A stretch of 32,000 bases of DNA from Pasteurella multocida (GTDB lineage: Bacteria; Pseudomonadota; Gammaproteobacteria; Enterobacterales; Pasteurellaceae), in NCBI RefSeq assembly GCF_900187275.1, contig NZ_LT906458.1, positions 2,070,001 to 2,102,000 of the forward strand, given 5' to 3'. The position numbers and the translations under genes are program-made. Below, piece after piece: positions 1-9,162 of this stretch. Numbering within the stretch: the stretch's first letter is position 1; each line of letters opens with the position of its first letter. Under the pieces are notes generated by a model. That model did no database searches. It saw nothing but the letters and a program-made list of their open reading frames with translations, and had not been told where the DNA came from.

Positions 1-1076
1 CAGGTGATACTGTATTAAACTCTGTAAAAGATAAACGTGAGCGTTTTGGTCGTATCGTACAGATGCACGCAAACAAACGTGAAGAAATCAAAGAAGTGCG
101 TGCAGGCGATATCGCAGCCGCAATTGGTTTGAAAGATGTGGGTACTGGTGATACATTATGTGCACAAGATGCGCCAATTATTCTTGAGCGCATGGAATTC
201 CCAGAGCCAGTAATTTCTGTTGCTGTTGAGCCAAAAACGAAAGCAGACCAAGAAAAAATGGGTCTTGCATTAGGTCGCTTAGCACAAGAAGACCCTTCAT
301 TCCGTGTTCATACTGATGAAGAGTCGGGTGAAACTATTATCTCTGGTATGGGTGAGTTACACTTAGATATTATCGTTGACCGTATGCGTCGTGAATTCAA
401 AGTTGAAGCGAACATTGGTAAACCACAAGTATCTTACCGTGAAACTATCCGTACTCGCGTTAATGATGTTGAAGGTAAACACGCAAAACAATCTGGTGGT
501 CGCGGTCAATATGGTCACGTTGTTATCGACTTATATCCGTTAGATCCAGAAGGTCCGGGTTATGAATTCGTGAACGAAATCAAAGGTGGTGTGATCCCTG
601 GTGAATACATCCCTGCAGTAGATAAAGGTGTTCAAGAACAACTTAAATCGGGTCCATTAGCGGGTTATCCAGTAGTGGATTTAGGTGTTCGTTTACACTT
701 CGGTTCATACCATGATGTTGACTCATCTGAGCTTGCGTTTAAATTAGCTGCATCTTTAGCCTTTAAAGCTGCATTTAATAAAGCAAACCCAGTGCTTCTT
801 GAGCCAATCATGAAAGTAGAAGTTGAAACGCCACCGGACTACGTTGGTGATGTAATTGGTGACTTAAGCCGTCGTCGTGCGATGGTTAACGGTCAAGAAG
901 CAAATGAATTTGTTGTGAAGATCAATGCAGAAGTACCACTTTCAGAGATGTTTGGTTATGCAACTGACCTTCGTTCACAAACTCAAGGTCGTGCTTCATA
1001 CTCAATGGAACCATTGAAATATGCAGAAGCGCCGAAAAACGTTGCTGATGCAATCATTGAAGCTCGCAAAAAATAA
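1..1076 (+). CDS. fusA: Elongation factor G, C-terminal part (5' end outside window; codons start at base 3)
   Basis: The frame of ORF 63..1076 stays open to the window edge; bases 3-62 translate [20 protein letters not shown]. The protein is colinear with E. coli EF-G domains III-V ([52 protein letters not shown]). Confidence 0.97.
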   Translation, partial: GDTVLNSVKDKRERFGRIVQMHANKREEIKEVRAGDIAAAIGLKDVGTGDTLCAQDAPIILERMEFPEPVISVAVEPKTKADQEKMGLALGRLAQEDPSFRVHTDEESGETIISGMGELHLDIIVDRMRREFKVEANIGKPQVSYRETIRTRVNDVEGKHAKQSGGRGQYGHVVIDLYPLDPEGPGYEFVNEIKGGVIPGEYIPAVDKGVQEQLKSGPLAGYPVVDLGVRLHFGSYHDVDSSELAFKLAASLAFKAAFNKANPVLLEPIMKVEVETPPDYVGDVIGDLSRRRAMVNGQEANEFVVKINAEVPLSEMFGYATDLRSQTQGRASYSMEPLKYAEAPKNVADAIIEARKK

Positions 1077-1090
1077 TTTTGTTTAACAAA

Positions 1091-1115
1091 ACCACAAGCT
1101 GTAATAGCTTGTGGT
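1091..1115 (+). other. Perfect 10-bp stem / 5-nt loop hairpin in the fusA-tuf spacer, with no T-tract
   Basis: ACCACAAGCT gtaat AGCTTGTGGT read directly. It is followed by CTCTAC rather than a U-run, so it is more likely an mRNA stability or processing element than a terminator. Confidence 0.5.
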
Positions 1116-1124
1116 CTCTACTGA

Positions 1125-2321
<1,197 letters not shown>

Positions 2322-2341
2322 TTTGGCTTAACATGCTAAAG

Positions 2342-2375
2342 AAGGCGTATCGAAAGATACGCCTTTTGTGTTTTT
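2342..2375 (+). terminator. Rho-independent terminator after tuf
   Basis: AAGGCGTATC gaaa GATACGCCTT followed by TTTGTGTTTTT. Confidence 0.8.
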
Positions 2376-2500
2376 ATGAGATTTGAAATGAGCATCAAAT
2401 GGATCTCAACACGATTTAACTGAGAGTATGCCTTTGTTCTTTGCTAGCAAAATTGAGCAGGAATGCCAATGAAAAATTTAGGCTTCTGCTGTAATTTTAA

Positions 2501-2529
2501 TATGCATTTTTTAAATAAAGTGCTACAAT
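2501..2529 (+). promoter_or_regulatory. Candidate extended -10 promoter for secE-nusG
   Basis: TGcTACAAT (2521-2529) is an extended -10 motif. A weak -35 TATGCA lies at 2501-2506 with a 17-nt spacer, about 50 nt upstream of the secE ATG. Confidence 0.4.
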
Positions 2530-2579
2530 CACGCGTTCAGAAACGAATCCCCTATTTAAGTTAAGTAATGGATTAAATT

Positions 2580-2990
2580 ATGGCGTTAGAAATTGAGAAA
2601 AAGAAAAATGCGCATGAAGTCGAGAACCAAAAGTCAAAAGGCTTGAATCGCTTTTTATGGTTGCTCGTTATTGTTGTTATTGCAACTGCAGCATTAGGTA
2701 ATATTTATTTTGTAGAACAATTTTCTACTCCGATTCGTGTGGTTGGAGTCGTGGTTTTATTGTTGATTGCGTTAGGTCTTGCTGCATTAACAAACCAAGG
2801 TGTGAAAGCACGTCATTTCTTTAGTGAATCAAGAATTGAATTAAGAAAAATTGTCTGGCCAACGCGTCCAGAAGCGATGCAAACGACATTAATTGTGGCA
2901 GGTGTAACGATTGTTGTGTCTTTAATCCTGTGGGGATTAGATTCAGTGATTGTTGCGTTAATTACTTTCTTAACAGATTTGAGGTTCTAA
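2580..2990 (+). CDS. secE: Preprotein translocase subunit SecE
   Basis: 136-aa ORF with three hydrophobic segments and the conserved C-terminal region ([20 protein letters not shown]). It sits immediately upstream of nusG, as in E. coli. Confidence 0.92.
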   Translation: MALEIEKKKNAHEVENQKSKGLNRFLWLLVIVVIATAALGNIYFVEQFSTPIRVVGVVVLLLIALGLAALTNQGVKARHFFSESRIELRKIVWPTRPEAMQTTLIVAGVTIVVSLILWGLDSVIVALITFLTDLRF

Positions 2991-2991
2991 G

Positions 2992-3543
2992 ATGACAGAA
3001 ACAACAACCAAAAAACGTTGGTATGTGTTACAGGCTTTTTCTGGTTTTGAAGGTCGTGTTGCAACAACATTGCGTGAATATATTAAGTTACACCAAATGG
3101 AAGATCAATTTGGTGAAGTGCTTGTGCCGACAGAAGAAGTCGTAGAAAACGTAGCCGGAAAAAGACGTAAAAGTGAGCGCAAATTTTTTCCAGGTTATGT
3201 ATTAGTGCAAATGGAAATGAATGACGAAACTTGGCATTTAGTACGCAGTGTACCACGTGTTATGGGTTTTATTGGTGGTACAGCAGATAAACCAGCGCCA
3301 ATTTCACAGCGTGAAGCGGATCGTATTTTAAATCGTTTACAAGAAAGTTCAGAAAAACCTCGCCACAGAAAAGAATTCCAGCCTGGTGAAGAAGTTCGTG
3401 TCACTGAAGGACCATTCGCTGACTTTAATGGTACAGTGGAAGAAGTGGATTATGAAAAAGGTCGCTTAAAAGTGTCTGTTTCTATCTTTGGTCGTGCAAC
3501 ACCTGTTGAACTTGAATTCAGCCAAGTTGAGAAAACAAATTAA
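2992..3543 (+). CDS. nusG: Transcription termination/antitermination factor NusG
   Basis: 183-aa ORF starting 2 nt after the secE stop. It has the NGN domain start ([16 protein letters not shown]) and the KOW region ([37 protein letters not shown]). Confidence 0.97.
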   Translation: MTETTTKKRWYVLQAFSGFEGRVATTLREYIKLHQMEDQFGEVLVPTEEVVENVAGKRRKSERKFFPGYVLVQMEMNDETWHLVRSVPRVMGFIGGTADKPAPISQREADRILNRLQESSEKPRHRKEFQPGEEVRVTEGPFADFNGTVEEVDYEKGRLKVSVSIFGRATPVELEFSQVEKTN

Positions 3544-3549
3544 TTTTTA

Positions 3550-3596
3550 ACCGCACTTAGCTATTCTACTTAATAGATAAGTGCGGTGAGCTTTTG
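3550..3596 (+). terminator. Inverted USS pair forming a hairpin terminator after nusG
   Basis: ACCGCACTT (3550-3558) and AAGTGCGGT (3579-3587) form the outer stem. Inner pairing is CTATT/AATAG. The hairpin is followed by GAGCTTTTG. Confidence 0.65.
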
Positions 3597-3608
3597 AGTA
3601 ATTTTTAC

Positions 3609-3637
3609 TTGAAGTTTGGGTTGTGTTTAATTACAAT
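3609..3637 (+). promoter_or_regulatory. Candidate sigma70 promoter for rplK-rplA (PL11 equivalent)
   Basis: TTGAAG (3609-3614), a 17-nt spacer, then TACAAT (3632-3637). This leaves a leader of roughly 60 nt that contains the palindrome AATAGCGCTATT (3667-3678) before the AGAGGA Shine-Dalgarno. The leader may hold the L1 translational operator, but that is not demonstrable here. Confidence 0.6.
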
Positions 3638-3701
3638 ACAGCCTTTTCGTAAACAGGGGAGCTAGCAATAGCGCTATTACCCATTCTAGAGGAAGCTAAA
3701 A

Positions 3702-4130
3702 ATGGCAAAAAAAGTACAAGCCTATGTTAAGTTGCAAGTTGCAGCTGGTATGGCTAACCCTTCACCACCAGTTGGTCCTGCGTTAGGTCAACAAGGTGTG
3801 AACATCATGGAATTCTGTAAAGCATTCAACGCTCGTACTGAGAGTTTAGAAAAAGGTTTACCAATTCCAGTTGTTATTACTGTGTATGCAGACCGTTCAT
3901 TCACGTTCATTACGAAAACACCACCAGCAGCAGTATTATTGAAAAAAGCTGCAGGTATCAAGTCTGGTTCAGGTAAACCAAACAAAGATAAAGTGGGTAA
4001 AGTAACATTAGAACAAGTTCGTCAAATCGCTGAAACCAAAGCAGCAGATATGACAGGTTCTTCTATCGAAACGAAAATGAAATCAATCGCTGGTACAGCT
4101 CGCTCAATGGGCTTAGTGGTGGAGGAATAA
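3702..4130 (+). CDS. rplK: 50S ribosomal protein L11
   Basis: 142-aa ORF almost colinear with E. coli L11 ([44 protein letters not shown]). Confidence 0.98.
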   Translation: MAKKVQAYVKLQVAAGMANPSPPVGPALGQQGVNIMEFCKAFNARTESLEKGLPIPVVITVYADRSFTFITKTPPAAVLLKKAAGIKSGSGKPNKDKVGKVTLEQVRQIAETKAADMTGSSIETKMKSIAGTARSMGLVVEE

Positions 4131-4134
4131 TACG

Positions 4135-4824
4135 ATGGCTAAATTGACTAAAAAAATGAAATCAATCAAGGCGGCAGTCGACTCTACAAAAGCCTATGAA
4201 ATCAATGAAGCAATCGCAGTATTAAAACAATTTGCGACAGCTAAATTTGTTGAAAGCGTGGATGTTGCAGTGAACTTAGGTATCGATCCGCGTAAATCTG
4301 ACCAAAACGTACGTGGTGCAACTGTATTACCACACGGTACAGGTCGTTCTGTACGTGTTGCTGTGTTCACTCAAGGTGCAAACGCAGAAGCAGCTAAAGA
4401 AGCGGGTGCGGATTTAGTCGGTATGGAAGATTTAGCTGAATTAGTGAAAAAAGGTGAAATGAACTTCGATGTTGTTATCGCTTCTCCAGATGCGATGCGT
4501 GTTGTAGGTCAATTAGGTCAAATTTTAGGTCCACGTGGTTTAATGCCAAACCCTAAAGTAGGTACTGTTACACCAAACGTTGCTGATGCAGTGAAAAATG
4601 CGAAATCTGGTCAGGTTCGTTACCGCAATGATAAAAACGGTATCATCCACACCACAATCGGTAAAGTTAACTTTAGCGAAGAACAATTAAAAGAAAACTT
4701 ACAAGCCTTATTAGCGGCATTAGCGAAAGCGAAACCAACAACGTCTAAAGGTGTATTCATCAAGAAAGTAAGTCTTTCTACAACAATGGGTGCGGGTGTA
4801 GCGATTGATCAAGCTTCACTATAA
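4135..4824 (+). CDS. rplA: 50S ribosomal protein L1
   Basis: 229-aa ORF starting 4 nt after rplK. Typical L1 sequence ([43 protein letters not shown]). Confidence 0.98.
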   Translation: MAKLTKKMKSIKAAVDSTKAYEINEAIAVLKQFATAKFVESVDVAVNLGIDPRKSDQNVRGATVLPHGTGRSVRVAVFTQGANAEAAKEAGADLVGMEDLAELVKKGEMNFDVVIASPDAMRVVGQLGQILGPRGLMPNPKVGTVTPNVADAVKNAKSGQVRYRNDKNGIIHTTIGKVNFSEEQLKENLQALLAALAKAKPTTSKGVFIKKVSLSTTMGAGVAIDQASL

Positions 4825-4835
4825 TTCATTGCTTT

Positions 4836-4875
4836 AAAAAAGAAAAAGTGCAATGTTTTCATTGCACTTTTTTTA
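4836..4875. terminator. Bidirectional rho-independent terminator between convergent rplA and glycerate kinase
   Basis: AGTGCAATG tttt CATTGCACT (4847-4868) is flanked by an A-run on the left (AAAAAAGAAAA) and a T-run on the right (TTTTTTT). Confidence 0.85.
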
Positions 4876-4890
4876 TATCTGTTTTCTAGG

Positions 4891-6036
4891 TTAATCTGGT
4901 ATATGTTTAGCAAGCAAATAGAAGCGAGCAATATTCTGTGCCGCAGAAATTAAATTTTCTCGACCGCACTTTAAGGTCGCTTCCAAACTCTCTACCTGAC
5001 GTATAATCGGGAAAACGGCATCAATGCCTGCTTGATAAACCACTTCATAATCCTCTTTTAGACTCCCCACAATAGCAAGCACGGGTTTCTGAAACTGTTT
5101 GGCAGTTTTTGCCACACCACTTGGGGTTTTCCCTTGTGCTGTTTGACTATCCATTCTCCCTTCTCCTGTGATCACTAAGTCTGCATTGGCAACAAGGGTA
5201 TCGAGTTTGACAGCCTTGATAACAATCTCGACACCAGCTTTTAGAGAAACATTAGGTAACAATAATAAGCCACCTCCCATTCCCCCGGCTGCGCCGGCAC
5301 CAGCATGATCACGAATATTGCGTTGATATTGTTGCTCTACCACATGTGAGAAGTGAAGTAATGCATTATCTAATTTCTCAACCATTTCTACGCTTGCTCC
5401 TTTTTGTGGACCAAAGATGGCAGAAGCCCCTCGAGGTCCACACAACGGATTATTGACATCACACGCCACTTCTAATTCTACAGAAGATAAACGGGGATCT
5501 AATTGAGATAAATCGACATGCATAATATCTTGCAACTGTTCACCGCCAAACCCAATTGGTTGCTGATGTTGATCGAGAAATAATGCGCCAAGTGCTTGTA
5601 ACATGCCCACACCTGCATCATTAGTGGCACTACCACCAATGCCCAGTATGATTTTTTTTACCCCCAAATCCAACGCGGCTTTTATCAATTGTCCCGTCCC
5701 AAAGCTAGTGGTTTTTAGCGGATTACGCTGTTCGACAGGCACTAAATGCAAGCCCGATGCTGCCGCCATTTCGATAATGGCGGTCTGTTTGTCTCCAGAT
5801 AATCCAAAAAATGCTTGGATTGGATTTCCTAAGGGGGCAATGACCTCTGTATTAATGATCTCACCTTGTGTGGCATCCACCAAAGATTGTACCGTGCCTT
5901 CTCCGCCATCTGCCATTGGAACAAGCACATATTCCGCGTGAGGTAATATCTTTTGAAAGCCTATTTTAATGGCTTGCGCGACTTCAAGCGCCGTAAGACT
6001 TTCTTTAAAAGAATCTGGTGCAATCACAATTCGCAT
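4891..6036 (-). CDS. glxK: Glycerate kinase (GlxK/GarK family)
   Basis: 381-aa ORF with the family-typical N-terminus MRIVIAPDSFKESLTA...PMADGGEGTV and C-terminal region ADLVITGEGRMDSQTAQGKTP. Whether it is the GlxK or the GarK paralogue cannot be resolved from sequence alone. Confidence 0.9.
   Translation of the reverse strand: MRIVIAPDSFKESLTALEVAQAIKIGFQKILPHAEYVLVPMADGGEGTVQSLVDATQGEIINTEVIAPLGNPIQAFFGLSGDKQTAIIEMAAASGLHLVPVEQRNPLKTTSFGTGQLIKAALDLGVKKIILGIGGSATNDAGVGMLQALGALFLDQHQQPIGFGGEQLQDIMHVDLSQLDPRLSSVELEVACDVNNPLCGPRGASAIFGPQKGASVEMVEKLDNALLHFSHVVEQQYQRNIRDHAGAGAAGGMGGGLLLLPNVSLKAGVEIVIKAVKLDTLVANADLVITGEGRMDSQTAQGKTPSGVAKTAKQFQKPVLAIVGSLKEDYEVVYQAGIDAVFPIIRQVESLEATLKCGRENLISAAQNIARFYLLAKHIPD
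4963..4971 (-). repeat. USS core (ACCGCACTT on the plus strand) inside glycerate kinase
   Basis: Exact 9-mer read in the sequence. Confidence 0.9.
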
Positions 6037-6048
6037 AATCTTATCCTT

Positions 6049-7425
6049 TTACAATAAAATAAGTGAAAGTAGATATACGGTGATAATCCCAACGATCCCC
6101 ATAATCAGTGTTAAAGCAGTTTGTGTACGGTAACCTTGTTGTGGGGTCATTTTGGTAAAATTCGTAACCACCCAATAATAGCTGTCGTTAGCATGAGAAA
6201 CACACATTGCCCCTGCAGCGATCGCCATCACGGTTAAGGCGGCGGCAATTTCAGAAGTTAAGCCTAAGGCGCTCATTAAAGAATCTTGCGCACTAAACAT
6301 GCCCATAATTGAAGCCGTGGTGATAATGGCGACAGTTGAGCTACCTTGTGCAGTTTTTAAAATGGCTGAAATTAAGAATGGAAAGAAAATGCCTGCGGTA
6401 CTAATGATGTGTGCATTTTGCTTAATGTATTCGACAAAACCTGCTTGCGTGATGACTTTACCCAATACACCACCAGCCGCAGTAATAAAGAGAATCGGAC
6501 CAACGATTTTTAAGGTATCATTTGTAAGCTGATCAAAGCCACTGATTTTCTCTGTTTTGATTAACAATACCACAGCACAAATCACACCAAGGGCGAGAGC
6601 AATGATTGGGTGACCTAAAAATTGCAATAGAATGCCAACATTGCCTTCTAGCCCGAGAATCTTACTGATAGAACCTAAAGCCATGAGCAAAATTGGTACA
6701 CAAATTGGGGCAAGGCTTAAGCGACCGCTCGGCAAGGTGCCGTATTGTTTTAATAATGCTTCATAACTTTTCTCAATGACAGTATCACTGTCCTCTTCAT
6801 TCAAGGTCATATTACGGCTTACCCATTTAGCGAACAGGTAGCTGGCAAACAGAACAGGAATGGATACCACTACGCCCATGCCGATAACTAATAATAAGTT
6901 ATGGCTTAATCCGACAGCACCCGCGGCTGCAATAGGACCGGGTGTCGGTGGAATAAAGACATGGGAAGCATAAAGACCTGCACTAAGCGCCACTGCCATA
7001 CTAACAGGATTCGCGGAAATTTTTTTACGTAATGCTTCTCTGATAGGATTTAATACCACAAAGCCACTATCGCAAAAAACGGGGATACCCACAACCCAAC
7101 CCATAATTAACATGGCCAGTTCAGGTCTTTTATGCCCAACATATTTGACGACCATATCGGCTAATTTTAACGCTGCACCGGTTTTTTCGAGCACCATACC
7201 AATAATGGCACCGAAAATAATCACAATCCCAATACTTTTGAAAGTGCCACTAAACCCATCACCAATCATGGCGGGGATTTTAGCTAATGGAATACCTGCA
7301 ATAAAGGCGAGAGCAAGAGAAATGGACATCAAAGCGAGAAAAGGGTGAACTTTGACTTTTGCAATCAGCCAAATCATGACAATAATTGCAATGACAAAAA
7401 CACAGATTAATGCAATACCACTCAT
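6049..7425 (-). CDS. GntP-family anion:H+ symporter, probably a glycerate or sugar-acid permease
   Basis: 458-aa, highly hydrophobic multi-pass ORF of GntP-family length and pattern. It has a strong AGGAGGT Shine-Dalgarno (reverse complement of 7431-7437). It ends 12 nt before the glycerate kinase start, implying one operon. Substrate is inferred only from the neighbouring gene. Confidence 0.85.
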   Translation of the reverse strand: MSGIALICVFVIAIIVMIWLIAKVKVHPFLALMSISLALAFIAGIPLAKIPAMIGDGFSGTFKSIGIVIIFGAIIGMVLEKTGAALKLADMVVKYVGHKRPELAMLIMGWVVGIPVFCDSGFVVLNPIREALRKKISANPVSMAVALSAGLYASHVFIPPTPGPIAAAGAVGLSHNLLLVIGMGVVVSIPVLFASYLFAKWVSRNMTLNEEDSDTVIEKSYEALLKQYGTLPSGRLSLAPICVPILLMALGSISKILGLEGNVGILLQFLGHPIIALALGVICAVVLLIKTEKISGFDQLTNDTLKIVGPILFITAAGGVLGKVITQAGFVEYIKQNAHIISTAGIFFPFLISAILKTAQGSSTVAIITTASIMGMFSAQDSLMSALGLTSEIAAALTVMAIAAGAMCVSHANDSYYWVVTNFTKMTPQQGYRTQTALTLIMGIVGIITVYLLSLILL

Positions 7426-7694
7426 AGTAACCTCCTAATGTTGTAGAAGAACAAAGCGGATTGATTCTTGATGAGTGACTTCTTTTAGGAGCCCATCAAC
7501 ACAAGAATATTCGTCCGAGGGTTTATGAAAGAAGGCGCATTCTTGAAAACAAACATGTCATTCAAGCTATCTCTTATATATCATATTTATCTTGTTAGGT
7601 AAGTAAATATTTCACTAAAAACAATGTTGTTTTGTGTCGGTTGCTTTTATGCGAAGAAAAGGAAAGGTCATGACAGATTATTTATATAAATCAC

Positions 7695-7723
7695 TTTACA
7701 AGAAAGGGGATTTCTATTACAAT
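7695..7723 (+). promoter_or_regulatory. Candidate sigma70 promoter for rplJL-rpoBC
   Basis: TTTACA (7695-7700), a 17-nt spacer, then TACAAT (7718-7723). It points toward rplJ. Confidence 0.55.
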
Positions 7724-7976
7724 TCCGCTCCTGAATTTTGTCATTTTTAGGTGATGAAATTGTTGATGGTGCTTGACCACATTCAAGCCCCGTCCGAGAC
7801 CGTAGGTGAAATGATGGATATCATCTCTTAATTTGGCCTACGTAGATGGTGAACAGACAGAATTTTCTGCTTCTGGACACCTTAGCCTCACAAAATAGTC
7901 GTACCAAAGTGCGGTCATTTTTTGAGATTTTTTGTAAATTCCGCTTAGGCGGAGTGTATTCAGGAGCTAAAAGCCA
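7724..7976 (+). promoter_or_regulatory. Long structured rplJ 5' leader, candidate site of L10-(L12)n autoregulation
   Basis: About 250 nt between the candidate promoter and the rplJ ATG. It contains complementary segments CGTAGG/CCTACG (about 7803-7850), a CCGC-ttag-GCGG hairpin (7941-7952) and one full extended USS (7905-7935). E. coli rplJ is known to be regulated through a structured leader. No alignment to that leader was possible here. Confidence 0.4.
7907..7915 (+). repeat. USS core with full extended AT-rich flanks, in the rplJ leader
   Basis: AAAGTGCGGTcATTTTTtgagatTTTTTG matches the extended Haemophilus USS pattern. Confidence 0.9.
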
Positions 7977-8468
7977 ATGGCATTAAATCTTCAAGACAAA
8001 CAAGCAATTGTTGCTGAAGTAAACGAAGCAGCCAAAGGTGCCCTATCAGCTGTGATCGCGGATTCACGCGGTGTAACAGTAGATAAAATGACTGAATTAC
8101 GTAAAGTAGCTCGTGAAAACGGTGTTTCAATGCGTGTTGTACGTAATACATTATTACGTCGTGCGGTTGAAGGTACTGAATTTGAGTGCTTAAAAGATAC
8201 GTTTGTAGGTCCAACACTTATCGCATTCTCGACTGAACACCCTGGTGCAGCAGCCCGTTTGTTCAAAGACTTTGCTAAAGCAAACGATAAGTTTGAAATT
8301 AAAGGTGCAGCCTTTGAAGGTAAGATTCAAGATGTTGAATTCTTAGCAACATTACCAACTTACGACGAAGCAATTGCACGTTTAATGGGCACAATGAAAG
8401 AAGCTGCGGCAGGCAAACTTGTTCGCACTCTTGCGGCATTACGCGACAAATTACAAGAAGCAGCTTAA
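7977..8468 (+). CDS. rplJ: 50S ribosomal protein L10
   Basis: 163-aa ORF with AGGAG at 7961-7965. Colinear with E. coli L10 ([26 protein letters not shown]). Confidence 0.98.
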   Translation: MALNLQDKQAIVAEVNEAAKGALSAVIADSRGVTVDKMTELRKVARENGVSMRVVRNTLLRRAVEGTEFECLKDTFVGPTLIAFSTEHPGAAARLFKDFAKANDKFEIKGAAFEGKIQDVEFLATLPTYDEAIARLMGTMKEAAAGKLVRTLAALRDKLQEAA

Positions 8469-8519
8469 TCCAGCGGTTTCTTAACTCGTTTAACTTTTTT
8501 ACTTTAGGAATTGATTGTT

Positions 8520-8888
8520 ATGTCATTAACTAACGAACAAATCATTGAAGCGATCGCTTCTAAATCTGTCACTGAAATCGTAGAATTAATCGCTGCGATG
8601 GAAGAAAAATTTGGTGTTTCTGCAGCGGCAGCAGCAGTAGCAGTAGCAGCGGGTCCAGCTGAAGCAGCTGAAGAGAAAACTGAATTTGACGTAGTACTTG
8701 CAGGCGCAGGTGCGAACAAAGTTGCAGTAATCAAAGCGGTACGTGGTGCAACTGGTTTAGGCTTAAAAGAAGCGAAAGACTTAGTTGAATCTGCTCCAGC
8801 AGTATTGAAAGAAGGTATCTCTAAAGCTGAAGCTGAAGCACTTAAGAAAGAATTAGAAGAAGCTGGTGCACAAGTCGAAGTTAAATAA
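8520..8888 (+). CDS. rplL: 50S ribosomal protein L7/L12
   Basis: The ATG at 8520 gives [12 protein letters not shown], the canonical L7/L12 N-terminus, with AGGAA at 8506-8510. The TTG at 8511 in the ORF track is an artefactual extension. An Ala-rich hinge and the C-terminal domain [24 protein letters not shown] are present. Confidence 0.97.
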   Translation: MSLTNEQIIEAIASKSVTEIVELIAAMEEKFGVSAAAAAVAVAAGPAEAAEEKTEFDVVLAGAGANKVAVIKAVRGATGLGLKEAKDLVESAPAVLKEGISKAEAEALKKELEEAGAQVEVK

Positions 8889-8921
8889 TTTTGACTGACT
8901 TGTAAGCCCTTCTAAGGCTCG

Positions 8922-8955
8922 ATGGCTGGTGGTTTTTCCATCAGCCATTTTGTGC
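8922..8955 (+). terminator. Hairpin plus T-tract in the rplL-rpoB spacer (attenuator equivalent)
   Basis: ATGGCTGGTGG ttttt CCATCAGCCAT followed by TTTGTGC. E. coli has a partial terminator (attenuator) at the same position. Confidence 0.7.
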
Positions 8956-9162
8956 TATCAAAACAGAACAAATTTTTCCGTTTAATTTTTCTGTTTTTCT
9001 TCTCAAATTAATTATGTTCACCTAATTTGGGAATACCGCTCATCAGAAGTAAGGTTCAGAGTGCGGCATCTGGAAACGGTATCTTTACACGCATACATAA
9101 TGCTATTTCAAGAACATCAGCATTGTGTATTTGGTTCACTGAAACACAAGCAGAGGAACCCT

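Noticed and set aside
4891-7425. Considered the glycerate kinase/permease pair as a mobile genomic island.
   Set aside because: There are no integrase, transposase, tRNA attachment site or flanking direct repeats. A USS occurs inside glxK, and codon usage looks like the surrounding genes by eye. It is treated as a chromosomal rearrangement rather than a mobile element.
7649-7750. Small Tyr/Phe-rich ORF (MRRKGKV)MTDYLYKSLYKKGDFYYNSAPEFCHF with an AAGGAAAGG-like Shine-Dalgarno before the internal ATG at 7670, in the gntP-rplJ intergenic region.
   Set aside because: It completely contains the best rplJ promoter candidate (TTTACA 7695-7700 / TACAAT 7718-7723). It shows no recognisable family features. 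ORFs of 26-33 codons arise easily by chance in AT-rich DNA. It could only be rescued by conservation or ribosome-profiling data.
8620-8660. Short GCA/GCT-rich reiteration (GCAGCGGCAGCAGCAGTAGCAGTAGCAGCG) that looks like a tandem repeat.
   Set aside because: It encodes the normal Ala-rich flexible hinge of L7/L12 ([10 protein letters not shown]). It is not a non-coding repeat or a CRISPR-like array.
9061-9162. Upstream extension of the rpoB ORF (GTG at 9061, 34 extra residues).
   Set aside because: The ATG at 9163 has a good Shine-Dalgarno and reproduces the E. coli N-terminus and exact length. The extension is unrelated low-quality sequence lying in the rplL-rpoB leader.
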